Of a stretch of DNA of 64,000 nucleotides, positions 38,324-48,587 are shown piece after piece. Where the stretch lies: contig JAWLHB010000025.1 in assembly GCA_041690595.1 (NCBI GenBank), positions 1-64,000 on the forward strand, given 5' to 3'. Source of the stretch: Lentisphaeria bacterium (lineage in GTDB: Bacteria; Verrucomicrobiota; Lentisphaeria; JABSQK01; JAWLHB01). Under the pieces are notes generated by a model that saw only the letters and a list, made by a program, of their open reading frames with translations, was not told the DNA's origin and did not search any database. A program made the position numbers and the translations under genes. Every line of letters begins with the position of its first letter. The stretch's first letter is position 1.

Positions 38324-40206
38324 AGATGATGGCGGCCATGCCGTTTCGCGTGCGCCTGGCCGATGGCGACTTGCGGGACTGGTGCAAGGTGCCCGATGGC
38401 TACACCAGCCACTCCCACGGACTGCACATGATCGTCACCAGAACGCCTCGCGGTCAGGGCGAGGAGGTCTGCACCTTCATCGAGAATCTGCGTAACGAAC
38501 CATCGCCGCTCATCGTGGGTGTCTCCTTCTTTCGCGGTACGCTGGAGATTCCGGCCGAAGATGTGCCGGTGGTTCATCATGGCGGCGGCGGCGTGACGGA
38601 TGCAGTCTTTCCCAGCAAAGCGTGGCGGATCGAGCGCAGCGAGCTGGTGGATTGGGCCAAACTGACGCTGGAGGGGGCACGCGGTCGCAGCAGCAACCGA
38701 GATCTGCCCATCTTCATCGTCACCGACTTTGCGGATACCCATGGCGTGGCCTTCGTGGCTGGCTATTCCGGACACGTCGTCAACGCACTGCTGCGAGAAT
38801 CGGACTATTGCTCGATCGAGGTGGAGGGATCGGTGCAAGGCCTTCAACTCCAGCTCGGACCACACGAAACACTGCGTCTTGGCAGCATGCTGATCATCCC
38901 CTATACCGGTGACATTGCCGTCGGGCGTAACCTGTTGCGGCGCACCTTGCGCGATGAGATCTGCCCTCCGGCGCCGGAAGGCATCGTTCGGCCGGCGGTT
39001 ACTTACGTCCATTGGTTCGGGATCCAGGATAGCTACAATGCCGAGAGCCTGGAGCGCGAGGCCGAGTTGCAGGCGAGCCTGGGCACAGAGATCTTTGAAC
39101 TCGATGCCGCATGGGCGCTGCAAGGGACGCACAAACACTATGGCGCCGGCAACTGGGCGCGCGAGGACAGCGCCAAGTTCCCTGACGGCATTCGGGTATT
39201 TGCCGACCGCATCCGCGCACTCGGCATGCGCTTCGGCCTCTGGTTCGAGCCCGAGACCGTGGAGGAGGGGACCGCCATCCACCAGGAGCATCCAGAGTGG
39301 TTGATCCCCAAGCCAGCAGCCTATAGATACCTTCTCGACTTCGGCCAGAAGGCGGTTGTCGACTACATGATCGACCTGGTCGGTGGCCTCGTGCAAGCTT
39401 ATGGCGTCGAGTGGATCCGCATGGACAGCAACCTGGATATGAACGAATACTGGGCGACCATAGCCGATCCGGGCACGCGTGGCGCCTGCGAGTTGCGCCA
39501 CTGGCAGGGCTGGTACCGCTTTCTCGATGCCTTGCTGGCGCGATTCCCACGACTCCACGTGGAAGGATGCAGCTCGGGTGGCCGGCGAATCGATCTGGAG
39601 ATGCTCAAGCGCAGCCACAGCTTCTGGATCAGCGACAACACCAACTTCGAGGCTACCGTGCACCAGCACATCGGGGGCGCCAACCACTGGCTTCCATCGC
39701 ATCTGCTCAACATGGAGGCCGTCAAATACCCACTCTTCCCTCAGAAGATTCGCCCGTACGATAAGGTCGGAGACGAAACGTTCAGCGACTACTGGCTGCT
39801 CACCCTGTGCGGTGGACTCTTTGGACTTGGCGGGCCACATACCGCCTATCCAGATGCCATCAATGAAAAATTCCGTCGATTCATCGCACGGTACAAGGCC
39901 TTGCGCCATCTTCTGGCAGCTGATTTCTACCCTCTGCTGCCCCAGCCACGCTCCGTCGCCGACTGGGACGCATGGCAGTTTCACGATCCCGGCACCGGAA
40001 ATGGCATGATCATGGTCTTTCGCCACCGCGGCCAAGCTTCCACCATGCATATCCAGCCCCGCAATCTCGGTTCATGTCGTCCATATCAACTTGACTCGTT
40101 TCCAGAAGCGTTGCAGGTTGACCTTCAGAACGATCGAATGGTGATCAAGGTGACCCTGCCAGACGCGAATACCGCGGGCGTGATCGCGTATACGGTGGCC
40201 ACCTGA
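38320..40206 (+). CDS. GH36 alpha-galactosidase-like glycoside hydrolase
   Basis: LDAAW, KFPDGI, FGLWFEPE, HPEW, IRMDSN, EGCSSGGRRID, WISD. Confidence 0.88.
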   Translation: MKMMAAMPFRVRLADGDLRDWCKVPDGYTSHSHGLHMIVTRTPRGQGEEVCTFIENLRNEPSPLIVGVSFFRGTLEIPAEDVPVVHHGGGGVTDAVFPSKAWRIERSELVDWAKLTLEGARGRSSNRDLPIFIVTDFADTHGVAFVAGYSGHVVNALLRESDYCSIEVEGSVQGLQLQLGPHETLRLGSMLIIPYTGDIAVGRNLLRRTLRDEICPPAPEGIVRPAVTYVHWFGIQDSYNAESLEREAELQASLGTEIFELDAAWALQGTHKHYGAGNWAREDSAKFPDGIRVFADRIRALGMRFGLWFEPETVEEGTAIHQEHPEWLIPKPAAYRYLLDFGQKAVVDYMIDLVGGLVQAYGVEWIRMDSNLDMNEYWATIADPGTRGACELRHWQGWYRFLDALLARFPRLHVEGCSSGGRRIDLEMLKRSHSFWISDNTNFEATVHQHIGGANHWLPSHLLNMEAVKYPLFPQKIRPYDKVGDETFSDYWLLTLCGGLFGLGGPHTAYPDAINEKFRRFIARYKALRHLLAADFYPLLPQPRSVADWDAWQFHDPGTGNGMIMVFRHRGQASTMHIQPRNLGSCRPYQLDSFPEALQVDLQNDRMVIKVTLPDANTAGVIAYTVAT

Positions 40207-40224
40207 ACAGAGGGAAAAAAGGAT

Positions 40225-41580
40225 ATGGAATACTACGCGGACGCTGCAATACGCTTCGATGGTACTCGGGTGGTTGCCCAGCATGGCTGCGAGCTGAAGC
40301 GGGTACGAAACGGCTCCCTGCAGGCTTGGCCGGAGCCTGCACAGATTGCTGGTGGCGTCTTCAACGGCGCGCCCGCCGATGAGGTGATCGAACTGACGCT
40401 GGACGCCCCGACCGGCGCCCGGGGATGGATGGCTCTGGAACTCCTGACGCGCCGCGCCTACCTCAATGGTTCTGCTCAGGAGCCGGAGCTGGTGACGCTG
40501 GTTGAACTGCCCGACATTGGTCGACTCGTGCTTGGGCTGCCCGTCGATCAGGTGAGCGCCCTGATCCTCTGGCAGCGACTGGCGCCTGCTGGGCAGATCA
40601 GTCACCAGGCGATGGTCGTCCTGCCGGAGATCCCGGGACCGGAGCGCTATCACTTCCTCATCGCCTGGGATGCCGAGCGCGGCATCCTGACACTGCACAT
40701 GAACGGCGTCTGCATGGCTGAACCGGATGTCCAATGCACGCCGTGGAAAGCCGCGCCTGGGCGTACCGTACGACTTCGGCCTGCCTTCTTCGACTATCGT
40801 AGCCTCGAGGTCGGAGGCTGCTTTGTGCCCGCTTCCGCGGCGGGCGAATATTGCCCGGCGGAGCTTCGCCAACGGCGCTCGGAACTCCTTGGCAAGCGCG
40901 TGATTGCGCCAGTGATCGATGTTGAAGCGCGTGGCGGTGAGCTGCTCTACTCGTGCCCTCTGAACTGTCCCGAACATTTTTCGGAATGGCTGGTCGATTC
41001 GGGTCGGGTCAGTTTCGTCGATGGCTGGCTGCGGGTAGCATCGGAGGCTCCCGAAAGTCGTGATCCCAATGCCGGACATACGACCTTCTGGTGCCCCTTC
41101 GAAGCGCCCGATTCGTTTGTCGCGGAGTGGGACTTTCGCCTGGTCGAGGAGGGGTTGGCGATCACCTTCTTCGCCACCAGAGGGATTGCCGGCGAAAGCC
41201 CCTTCGATCCACGGCTACCGGAGCGTCACGGAGAGTTCATCTACTACATCAAGGATCGCCTGCTGAGCTACCATACCTCGTATTATTCATGCGGCCGAGG
41301 CATTACCAACCTGCGCAAGAACAACCGGTTCTGGCTGATCGGTACGGGCAAGGCGGGCATACCGCATCGATCGCGCGACGTGCACCGGCTCCGCCTGGTA
41401 AAGGATGAAGGGCATATCCAGGTGCTGGTTGACGATGGCCTGATCCTCGATTGTGTCGACCGGAACGAGGAGCGCTATGGCCCCCGCCATACTTCCGGAT
41501 GGCTCGGTTTCCGGCAGATGCGACCCGGCACGGCTGACTATCGCAACCTCACCATCCGCACCCTTCACCCGACACCATAA
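40225..41580 (+). CDS. DUF1961/YesU-like concanavalin-fold protein with N-terminal LamG-like region
   Basis: H..FWCP...PD....EWDF, GLAITFF, YHTSYY, NLRKN, G.LGFRQM. Confidence 0.8.
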   Translation: MEYYADAAIRFDGTRVVAQHGCELKRVRNGSLQAWPEPAQIAGGVFNGAPADEVIELTLDAPTGARGWMALELLTRRAYLNGSAQEPELVTLVELPDIGRLVLGLPVDQVSALILWQRLAPAGQISHQAMVVLPEIPGPERYHFLIAWDAERGILTLHMNGVCMAEPDVQCTPWKAAPGRTVRLRPAFFDYRSLEVGGCFVPASAAGEYCPAELRQRRSELLGKRVIAPVIDVEARGGELLYSCPLNCPEHFSEWLVDSGRVSFVDGWLRVASEAPESRDPNAGHTTFWCPFEAPDSFVAEWDFRLVEEGLAITFFATRGIAGESPFDPRLPERHGEFIYYIKDRLLSYHTSYYSCGRGITNLRKNNRFWLIGTGKAGIPHRSRDVHRLRLVKDEGHIQVLVDDGLILDCVDRNEERYGPRHTSGWLGFRQMRPGTADYRNLTIRTLHPTP

Positions 41581-41678
41581 AAGGCTTGCATTGAGCAAGA
41601 TGGTGGAACCATGAGGGGATGGCGTCGTCTGAAAGATGAAGCATATCGGTCTTGGACTTTTCCACCACTCAGGAGCCT

Positions 41679-43145
41679 ATGAGCAGCTTTGCCGAATCCA
41701 TACGTGACGCGGTTCGCGGTCAGCACCCGATCGTCTACCTGCAGACGGCTGAGGAAGACCGGGTTCTCGACCTCCTGCGAGAGCTCTCCCGTGAGCACTT
41801 TCAGCTTGAGACGATGACGATCTGGACCTGCACACGCGGCCTGGATGGCACACCGGATACGCGCGAGCCGACCGCGGCGATCAACGCCATGATCGACCAG
41901 GGGATGAAAGGCTTTGTCATCTTCAAGGACCTCTCCGGTTACATGAAAGAGCCGGCGGTTCTGCGGGCCATACGCGATGCCTATTATGCGATTCTGGCGC
42001 GAGGCGACGCGACGCTGGTGATTCTCTCTCCAGAAATGGTCGTGCCGCCGATCATCGAAAAGGAAGTCTACCTGGTGGAGGTGGAGCTGCCGCAGGCGCG
42101 CGAGTTGATGAGCGAGCTGTCGAGCTACGAGGCAAAGCACGCTCTGCAATTGCCGGAAGGCCTGGCGAGCGAACTGGCCCTGTCGCTCCGCGGACTGACT
42201 CTGAACGAGGTACGGCACATCCTTCATCGTGTCCGCCATGCCGGAGAGAACGATGCCGATGCGATTCGGGATCGGGTCTTTGCGGCGAAAGAGATGCTGG
42301 TGAAGAAGACGGGCTACCTCGAATATGTCCCCGTGCACCGCGATCTGGCGTCGATCGGAGGACAGGAAAGCCTCAAGGAGTGGATCGACAAGCGGCAGAA
42401 CATGTTCAACCAGGAAGCAATGGAATCGGGGTTGCCGATGCCGAAGGGGATCCTCTTGATGGGGGTGAGCGGCTGCGGCAAGAGCCTCGCGGCCAAGACG
42501 GTGGCAGCCCGCTGGCGCATCCCCCTCTTCCGCCTCGACTTCAACGTGATCTTTTCCGGGCTCTACGGCTCCCCCGAGGCAACTTTCCACAATGCCCTCA
42601 AGACCATCGAGTCTATCGCCCCGGCCATTGTCTGGATCGACGAGATCGAGAACGGACTCGGTGTCACCATCTCCGGCAGTCCAGACGCCAACCAGATCTT
42701 TTCCGCCTTCCTCACCTGGATGCAGGAGAAGCCGCCCCTGATCTTTGTCGCCGCAACTGCCAATAACATTCAGTTGCTGCCTGCGGAGATCATCCGCAAG
42801 GGACGTTTCGACCAGGTCTTCTTCTGCGATCTTCCCGACGAGAAGGAGCGCGAAGAGATTCTCAAGATCCATCTTGGCCGCCAGGGCGCCAACGTCGCGG
42901 ATTTTGACTTGAGTTACTTGACGGTGGCAACGGAAGGATGGAATGGCGCCGAAATCGAACAGGCGGTGATTGCCGCTCGCATCGATGCGCACCAGGAAGG
43001 ACGCACCATCACCACGCGCGACGTTACCCGGCATGCGCGCCAGATCGTACCCTTGAGCGAGACGATGAGCGAGCAGATCAAGGCGATCCGCGAGTGGGCA
43101 TGGGGACGCGCTACACCGGCATCAGGTAAGAAGAGTCGCTTGTAG
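41679..43145 (+). CDS. Ycf46-like AAA ATPase
   Basis: YLQTAEEDR N-domain, PKGILLMGVSGCGKS, WIDEIE, LTWMQEK, RKGRFDQVFF.DLP, VPLS.TM.EQI...REWA; AGGAG RBS. Confidence 0.9.
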   Translation: MSSFAESIRDAVRGQHPIVYLQTAEEDRVLDLLRELSREHFQLETMTIWTCTRGLDGTPDTREPTAAINAMIDQGMKGFVIFKDLSGYMKEPAVLRAIRDAYYAILARGDATLVILSPEMVVPPIIEKEVYLVEVELPQARELMSELSSYEAKHALQLPEGLASELALSLRGLTLNEVRHILHRVRHAGENDADAIRDRVFAAKEMLVKKTGYLEYVPVHRDLASIGGQESLKEWIDKRQNMFNQEAMESGLPMPKGILLMGVSGCGKSLAAKTVAARWRIPLFRLDFNVIFSGLYGSPEATFHNALKTIESIAPAIVWIDEIENGLGVTISGSPDANQIFSAFLTWMQEKPPLIFVAATANNIQLLPAEIIRKGRFDQVFFCDLPDEKEREEILKIHLGRQGANVADFDLSYLTVATEGWNGAEIEQAVIAARIDAHQEGRTITTRDVTRHARQIVPLSETMSEQIKAIREWAWGRATPASGKKSRL

Positions 43146-43196
43146 AGCCGTCAGGCGCATGGCGCCGTCACTTTCGAATGGATCGTTCCTCGCACC

Positions 43197-43225
43197 TTGT
43201 AAGCCAGGAGGCGAGCCCTTATAGT
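43197..43225 (+). promoter_or_regulatory. Sigma70 promoter for the DUF6901-like pair
   Basis: TTGTAA-17 nt-TATAGT. Confidence 0.6.
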
Positions 43226-43263
43226 TCGCCTTATTTTTCACAGCCAAGGTCAAGGAATGCTAA

Positions 43264-43995
43264 ATGAACGAATACGATGTCGAGTATTCGTTTTTCGTTC
43301 CGGGTGAACGGACGGAAACGTTCTTGCTGACGATCGATCCGGAGACGATGCTGGCGAACACGATGCTGGAGGATCAGTCGTTGCCCGAATGGTCTCGGCT
43401 GGAGTTTCACCAATGCTCGCACTGTCCGCTGTCGAGCGACGAGCACAGCCATTGTCCCCTGGCCCGGCGCCTGCGCGGTCTGGTCGATCGCTTCAAAGCC
43501 GTTGTCTCGCACGACCGATTGATGGTGCAGGTGCGCACGGCGGAACGGCTGGTGCGGCAGAATGTCAGCGCGCAGCAGGCGATCGGCTCCTTCATGGGGC
43601 TGTTGATGGCCACCTGCGACTGCCCTCACATGGCCTTCTTCCGCCCCATGGCCCGCTTTCACCTGGCTCTGGCCAACAACGAAGAGACCATCTACAGGGC
43701 CGCTTCGATGTTCCTGCTGGCGCAATACTTCCGCCACCGCAGGGGTGAGGATGTGGATCTGGACATGGATGGCTTGATCGAGATCTATCACAATGTCCAT
43801 ATTGTCAATGAGCATGTTGCCAAACGGTTGCGAGCTGGATGCACCGCCGATGCCTTGGTGAATGGTCTGGTCCTGCTGGACAGTTTTGCCCATCTGCTGC
43901 CCCTGAGCACCCGTCAGGATCTGCATCACATTGAGCATCTCTTCAGAAATTACGAACATGCATTCAAACCCGTGCAGCCAACACAACCCGCGTGA
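43264..43995 (+). CDS. DUF6901-like Cys-rich hypothetical protein, copy 1
   Basis: LPEW..LEF.QCSHCPL-x7-CPLA, MGLLMATC.CP...F.PMARFHL, ETIYRAASM. Confidence 0.8.
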   Translation: MNEYDVEYSFFVPGERTETFLLTIDPETMLANTMLEDQSLPEWSRLEFHQCSHCPLSSDEHSHCPLARRLRGLVDRFKAVVSHDRLMVQVRTAERLVRQNVSAQQAIGSFMGLLMATCDCPHMAFFRPMARFHLALANNEETIYRAASMFLLAQYFRHRRGEDVDLDMDGLIEIYHNVHIVNEHVAKRLRAGCTADALVNGLVLLDSFAHLLPLSTRQDLHHIEHLFRNYEHAFKPVQPTQPA

Positions 43996-44034
43996 TGGTG
44001 CCAGGAGGAAAGGTGGACGAGTGGAGCGTGACTC

Positions 44035-44763
44035 ATGAGTGATAGTTATACCGTTGAATATGCCTTCATCCTGCCGGACGGTCGCAGGGAAGAATTCGTT
44101 CTGGATATCGATCCCGATACGATGATGGCAATGACCCTGGTGGACGAGTATCTGCCGGAGTGGACGAAGCTGGAGTTCAACCAGTGCTCGCACTGTCCGC
44201 TCAACCCCGCCATCGATCCATACTGTCCGCTGGCCCGGCGGCTGCGCGGCTTGGTCAATCGCTTTCAGGCATTGGTTTCGCACGAGCGGCTGATTGTCGA
44301 AATCCGCAACGGCAGTCGCTTCATCCGCGAAGAAACCTCGGCGCAGCAAGGGCTTGGTGCATTCATGGGGCTGTTGATGGCGACCTGCGGCTGCCCCCAC
44401 ATGGCCTTCTTCAAACCGATGGCGCGCCATAATCTCTCGTCCTCTTCCCATGTCGAAACGATCTATCGCGCGGCCTCCATGTACCTGGTTGCCCAGTATT
44501 TTCGCCATGTCGACGGGAAAGCCGCGGATCTCGAGCTCGATGGCCTGCTGAGGATCTATGAGAACATCCATCTGGTGAACAAGTACATTGCGCAACGACT
44601 GCGCTCGGCCAGCGAAGCCGATGCGCTGGTGAATGCCATCGTGATACTCGACGGGTTCGCGCACATGCTCCCCCTCAGCATCAACCAGTCGCTGAAGCAC
44701 GTCCGCCCCATGTTTACCGAGTTTCTCCAGCGCCTCGATGATCTCGAAGCTGGCCTGCTCTAA
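44035..44763 (+). CDS. DUF6901-like Cys-rich hypothetical protein, copy 2 (tandem paralogue)
   Basis: Colinear with copy 1 over its full length, same Cys motifs. Confidence 0.8.
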   Translation: MSDSYTVEYAFILPDGRREEFVLDIDPDTMMAMTLVDEYLPEWTKLEFNQCSHCPLNPAIDPYCPLARRLRGLVNRFQALVSHERLIVEIRNGSRFIREETSAQQGLGAFMGLLMATCGCPHMAFFKPMARHNLSSSSHVETIYRAASMYLVAQYFRHVDGKAADLELDGLLRIYENIHLVNKYIAQRLRSASEADALVNAIVILDGFAHMLPLSINQSLKHVRPMFTEFLQRLDDLEAGLL

Positions 44764-44874
44764 CCCTGATGGCGGAACTCACTCCGCGTGACCATCGCAC
44801 TTCCTCCGTGGCGCGTCACGCCAGGAATTCCCTGAAGGGGTTGCGTCCGCCGCGCGGGGAACGTATATGGCACA

Positions 44875-45735
44875 TCAGCGGTGCTCGTCGGCCCACAGCC
44901 AGATCTTGCATTCCCAGCCGGCGAAGTAATTGCGGGAATAATAGGGCGCGTTGGTGTAGCTGCTGTGGGGTAACCACTCGAATGGCATGAGAGAGATATG
45001 CTTCGCATCGCCGCCGTAGTAGAGGACATTCGGGCGGCCCTGGTGGAGGTTATTCTCCGGCGAAATGTCGCCCTGCTCACACATCGCCAAGCCGCGCTGC
45101 ACTCGCCACATCGTTGACGCAGGGGTCGTTACAAAGGAGAGATTCTTGATCCCGCTGCCATCGTAAAGCTGCAGTTGGACAGTGCCCGTCTCCTGGCCAA
45201 GGTCCGCCAGCTTGAGGTAACCGTCCGCATAAGAGGAGGCGGAGAAGTAGTAGGTCGGGTTGGCGCCGGTGAACTTGCCGGCATTTCGGCATAGGTCGGT
45301 GAAGTGGTTCGTGCCGCCCATGAGGTAGATATCCGGAAGGCGCTTGATGAGGTAATCGCCCGACTGCCGCCCGGCAGGCGTGGAAGGGCAGTAGAGGTTG
45401 TGAATGGAGGCTTCCTGGCCAATCTCGCCACTGCTCAGGAGCTGCCCAAGACCGCTGGCGATCTTTCCGGAGCTGTCGGTATAGCCTGTCCTGCTGTTCG
45501 AGCGCATCAGCGACCCATTGTTGTTATCGGCGTAGGTGAAGATGTGCAGGCCGAGCTGCCGGATATTACCGAGGCACGCCGCCGTACGTCCCGCCTCACG
45601 GGCTCTGGTCAGGGCAGGCAGGAGCATGGAAGCCAGAATGGCAATGATCGATACCACGACCAGAAGCTCGATCAAGGTAAAGTGCGCAATATGCCGTGGA
45701 TGCTGAGTACTGGGAACTCTGCTGGGTGCGTTCAT
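44875..45735 (-). CDS. Prepilin-type N-terminal cleavage/methylation protein, DUF1559-like
   Basis: [60 protein letters not shown] overlap with regulator. Confidence 0.9.
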   Translation of the reverse strand: MNAPSRVPSTQHPRHIAHFTLIELLVVVSIIAILASMLLPALTRAREAGRTAACLGNIRQLGLHIFTYADNNNGSLMRSNSRTGYTDSSGKIASGLGQLLSSGEIGQEASIHNLYCPSTPAGRQSGDYLIKRLPDIYLMGGTNHFTDLCRNAGKFTGANPTYYFSASSYADGYLKLADLGQETGTVQLQLYDGSGIKNLSFVTTPASTMWRVQRGLAMCEQGDISPENNLHQGRPNVLYYGGDAKHISLMPFEWLPHSSYTNAPYYSRNYFAGWECKIWLWADEHR

Positions 45736-46778
45736 GAACTCGCTCCTGAGTTGATGGTAAGCGTTACTGGCAGATAGGTGACTTCGGCCGCGGCTGGCGT
45801 ACAGGCCCGCGACAGGGCCGCTTTCCAGAGGCGATCGAAGGGCAAATGTATAGATGGGAACTCCTGTTCGGGAACATGCGAGTGGCGCTGATCGAAGAAT
45901 CCGATCCGGTCAAGATCCTGTGCCCAGGCAAGGTAAGGGCGCCCAATGCATTCGAAGAAGAGCTTGACGATGTGATCGGAGTGGCCAAAGATGGCCGTGG
46001 GGCGAAGATCCTCGACTCGTCCTGCAAGGCACTCCCAGTCGCCGCCATCCATGTCCCCCAAGATGATTAACTCGTCCTCGAGGCGCAAACCCACCGCCGC
46101 CGCCGCCGCCGCGATGCGCGCCTGCAGATAGGGCTCCGGGCGCGGGTGATTGATCGGCAGCAGGATCCGCCGATGCCCCCGGTCACGGAGCCAGGTGAGC
46201 GCCTGAATGTAACCGTTGATATAATCGAAGAGGATGGCATTGCCGGGAGTGGCACTGTGCCATTCCCAGCGATTGACAAAGCAGACCGGAACCTCGCCGA
46301 TGATGTCGAGCAGCTCCTGCAAGGGAAAAAGGCGCGCTTCGACATCCACAAGCACCAGATCGGGCCGGCGCCCGAGCACCAGCCGCATCGTCTGCCGCCA
46401 ATCGCCATCTTCGGGAAGATGGCCGATCATCGGGATGACGTTGAGGCCGGCCGCCGCTTGGCAGAAGGGCTCGAAGTAGCCGTCGTAATGGTCCCGGCGA
46501 AAGCCGGTGAAGAGCGAGACCAGACGGTTGTCGAGTGGAGTGAAGTGGGGATTGACATAGGTGCCGCTGCGAGCCTGACGGACAATGAAGCCTTCGTCCT
46601 CGAGAACATCGTAGGCGGAATTGATGACGGCGAAGCTGGCGTCGAAGTGCTCTGCCAGTTCCCGCATGCTGGCCATTCTCTCCCCCGGCGAAAGCGTACC
46701 GGTCGTGATCGCTGCCTTCATGGCGGTGATCACGCGGTGGGTCTTCGTCGGCAAGGTGGCCAGTGAACTTCCCGGCAT
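45732..46778 (-). CDS. GntR-HTH transcriptional regulator with LacI-type effector domain
   Basis: [16 protein letters not shown].....[17 protein letters not shown]; later L.DRGHRRI and PTAIF..SD. Confidence 0.88.
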   Translation of the reverse strand: MPGSSLATLPTKTHRVITAMKAAITTGTLSPGERMASMRELAEHFDASFAVINSAYDVLEDEGFIVRQARSGTYVNPHFTPLDNRLVSLFTGFRRDHYDGYFEPFCQAAAGLNVIPMIGHLPEDGDWRQTMRLVLGRRPDLVLVDVEARLFPLQELLDIIGEVPVCFVNRWEWHSATPGNAILFDYINGYIQALTWLRDRGHRRILLPINHPRPEPYLQARIAAAAAAVGLRLEDELIILGDMDGGDWECLAGRVEDLRPTAIFGHSDHIVKLFFECIGRPYLAWAQDLDRIGFFDQRHSHVPEQEFPSIHLPFDRLWKAALSRACTPAAAEVTYLPVTLTINSGASS

Positions 46779-46949
46779 GATTCAACTCGTCTGGTTGAAG
46801 TGGGGAGGAGCATGACGGTCCTGACTGCAGTATAGATCACGATAGATCAGAAATCAACCCGATCTTTCTTACGTTTCGGATGACGATGGTGAGCTGAAAT
46901 ACGGGCAGCAAGCATTGAACTCGAAAGGTTCTGGGCTACTGTCGTCTAT

Positions 46950-48587
46950 ATGAAAACTATCCAGGTTCGAGCCAATACATCCATGCCCGAGTGTTACGAT
47001 TTCATCGAACTGACGGTTTCACCTTCTTCAATTCCGGAAGCCAATCCGTTCACATCGACGAGACTCGCTGCTCACGTCACGCCCCCTGAGGGAGAGCCAT
47101 TCACGGTCGAGGGGTTCTGCGATTCGGAGGATGGCTCCGCCTGCAGGATCAGGATCATGCCGAGACGGGCCGGCCGGCACACCTACCGCATCACTTACCG
47201 CGATGGCAAGACTCCCGAACTCTCGAAAGAGGGCTTCTTCGACGCTGTCGCCGGTTCACGCAAGGGTATCGTGAAGGCCGATCCGGACTTTCCCCGTCAC
47301 TTCATCTGGGAAGGCACGGGAGAGCATTACTTTCTCAACGGGACGACCTGCTATTACCTTCCTGGTTGGAAGGACGAGGGGATCATTCGAAGGGAGATTG
47401 ATCGGCTTGCCGATTTTGGTGTGAACCGCATCCGGGTACTCGTCTATGGCCGACAGTTCGACAATCCCTGGCAGCAGCCGGTGCGGAGCACGGATGAATT
47501 TTCCATGCTCCTCAACCCGTGGCAGGCTCTTTTTCCCGATGACCCCACCAATCCGGAGTACGATCTCACCCGATTCCGGCTCGAGCACTGGCGCAAGTAT
47601 GAGCGTCTGCTCGCTTACGCCAGAGAGCGCGACATCGTCGTCTCGGTTGTCATGTTCATCGGAGGCCAGGTGCTTCCCACCCCCTTCGGCGAGCTGTCGG
47701 AGGACGAGTATCGGTATTACCGCTATGCGGCGGCGCGTTTTTCCGCCTACGCCAACATTGCCTGGGATCTTGGGAATGAGCATGACTTCCACCGGACTGT
47801 GCCCTACTGGGCGAACAACATCGGTGGCCTCATGCGCAGGCTGGACCCATACGGTCACCTTGTGGGCGCGCACAACAAGTTCTATACAGGCGGCAGGAAG
47901 AGCTGGACTGGCGTACAGCTGCTGCAGAAGTGGGACGCTGGGCTCAATGCCTATCTCCTCGAACGGCTTCGCGAGCAGGAAGCCACCGGATACATCATCC
48001 CTCACGTGATTGACGAGTACGGGTACGAGGATCTCTGGGAGAGCTTCCCCGGACATCGTGCGGCGGATACTCGCAGGCGGTACGCCTGGGACGTGTATAT
48101 GGCCGGGGCCTACCAGACGAACGGTGAAACGGCGGAACGTGGCACTGGCGAGCGCGAGGACACAGGAGGAGGCTGGGTGAGCGGTCGCGGCGACAGCTCC
48201 ATGACGATGCTGCAGAGGTATCGTCACATCGTGGCCTTCTTCACCTCCTTCCAATGGTGGAAGGCCCTGCCGCTGAACGAACTCGTGATCCGCTACGATG
48301 TGTCGAGTTCGACCAGTTCCACAAGGTCTGCCCTCTGCTATGCCGAGGAAGGCAAAGCGTACGCGGTCTACCTGCCAAACGGCGGATCCGCGCTTCTTTC
48401 CGTAGCGAGTGGAGAGTACGCGATCGAGCGCTGGAATCCTCGCACCGGCGAGCGCATCGAGATTGGCAGATCAGACGGTCCGCGGGTTGAACTCGGCCCC
48501 TGCCCAGATGATGAGGATTGGGCTTTCCTTGTTCGCGCCTTGCGCGTCGATGAAGTGCCGGACGCCGAGACAGGTCAGTCGCGGTAA
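46950..48587 (+). CDS. DUF5060/DUF4038 (apiosidase-like) putative glycoside hydrolase with C-terminal collagen-binding-like domain
   Basis: NPF...VEGF.D, GVNRIR, WDLGNE, DPYGHL..H, DEYGYE, YAVYLP.GG, WNPRTGE, DWA. Confidence 0.82.
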   Translation: MKTIQVRANTSMPECYDFIELTVSPSSIPEANPFTSTRLAAHVTPPEGEPFTVEGFCDSEDGSACRIRIMPRRAGRHTYRITYRDGKTPELSKEGFFDAVAGSRKGIVKADPDFPRHFIWEGTGEHYFLNGTTCYYLPGWKDEGIIRREIDRLADFGVNRIRVLVYGRQFDNPWQQPVRSTDEFSMLLNPWQALFPDDPTNPEYDLTRFRLEHWRKYERLLAYARERDIVVSVVMFIGGQVLPTPFGELSEDEYRYYRYAAARFSAYANIAWDLGNEHDFHRTVPYWANNIGGLMRRLDPYGHLVGAHNKFYTGGRKSWTGVQLLQKWDAGLNAYLLERLREQEATGYIIPHVIDEYGYEDLWESFPGHRAADTRRRYAWDVYMAGAYQTNGETAERGTGEREDTGGGWVSGRGDSSMTMLQRYRHIVAFFTSFQWWKALPLNELVIRYDVSSSTSSTRSALCYAEEGKAYAVYLPNGGSALLSVASGEYAIERWNPRTGERIEIGRSDGPRVELGPCPDDEDWAFLVRALRVDEVPDAETGQSR

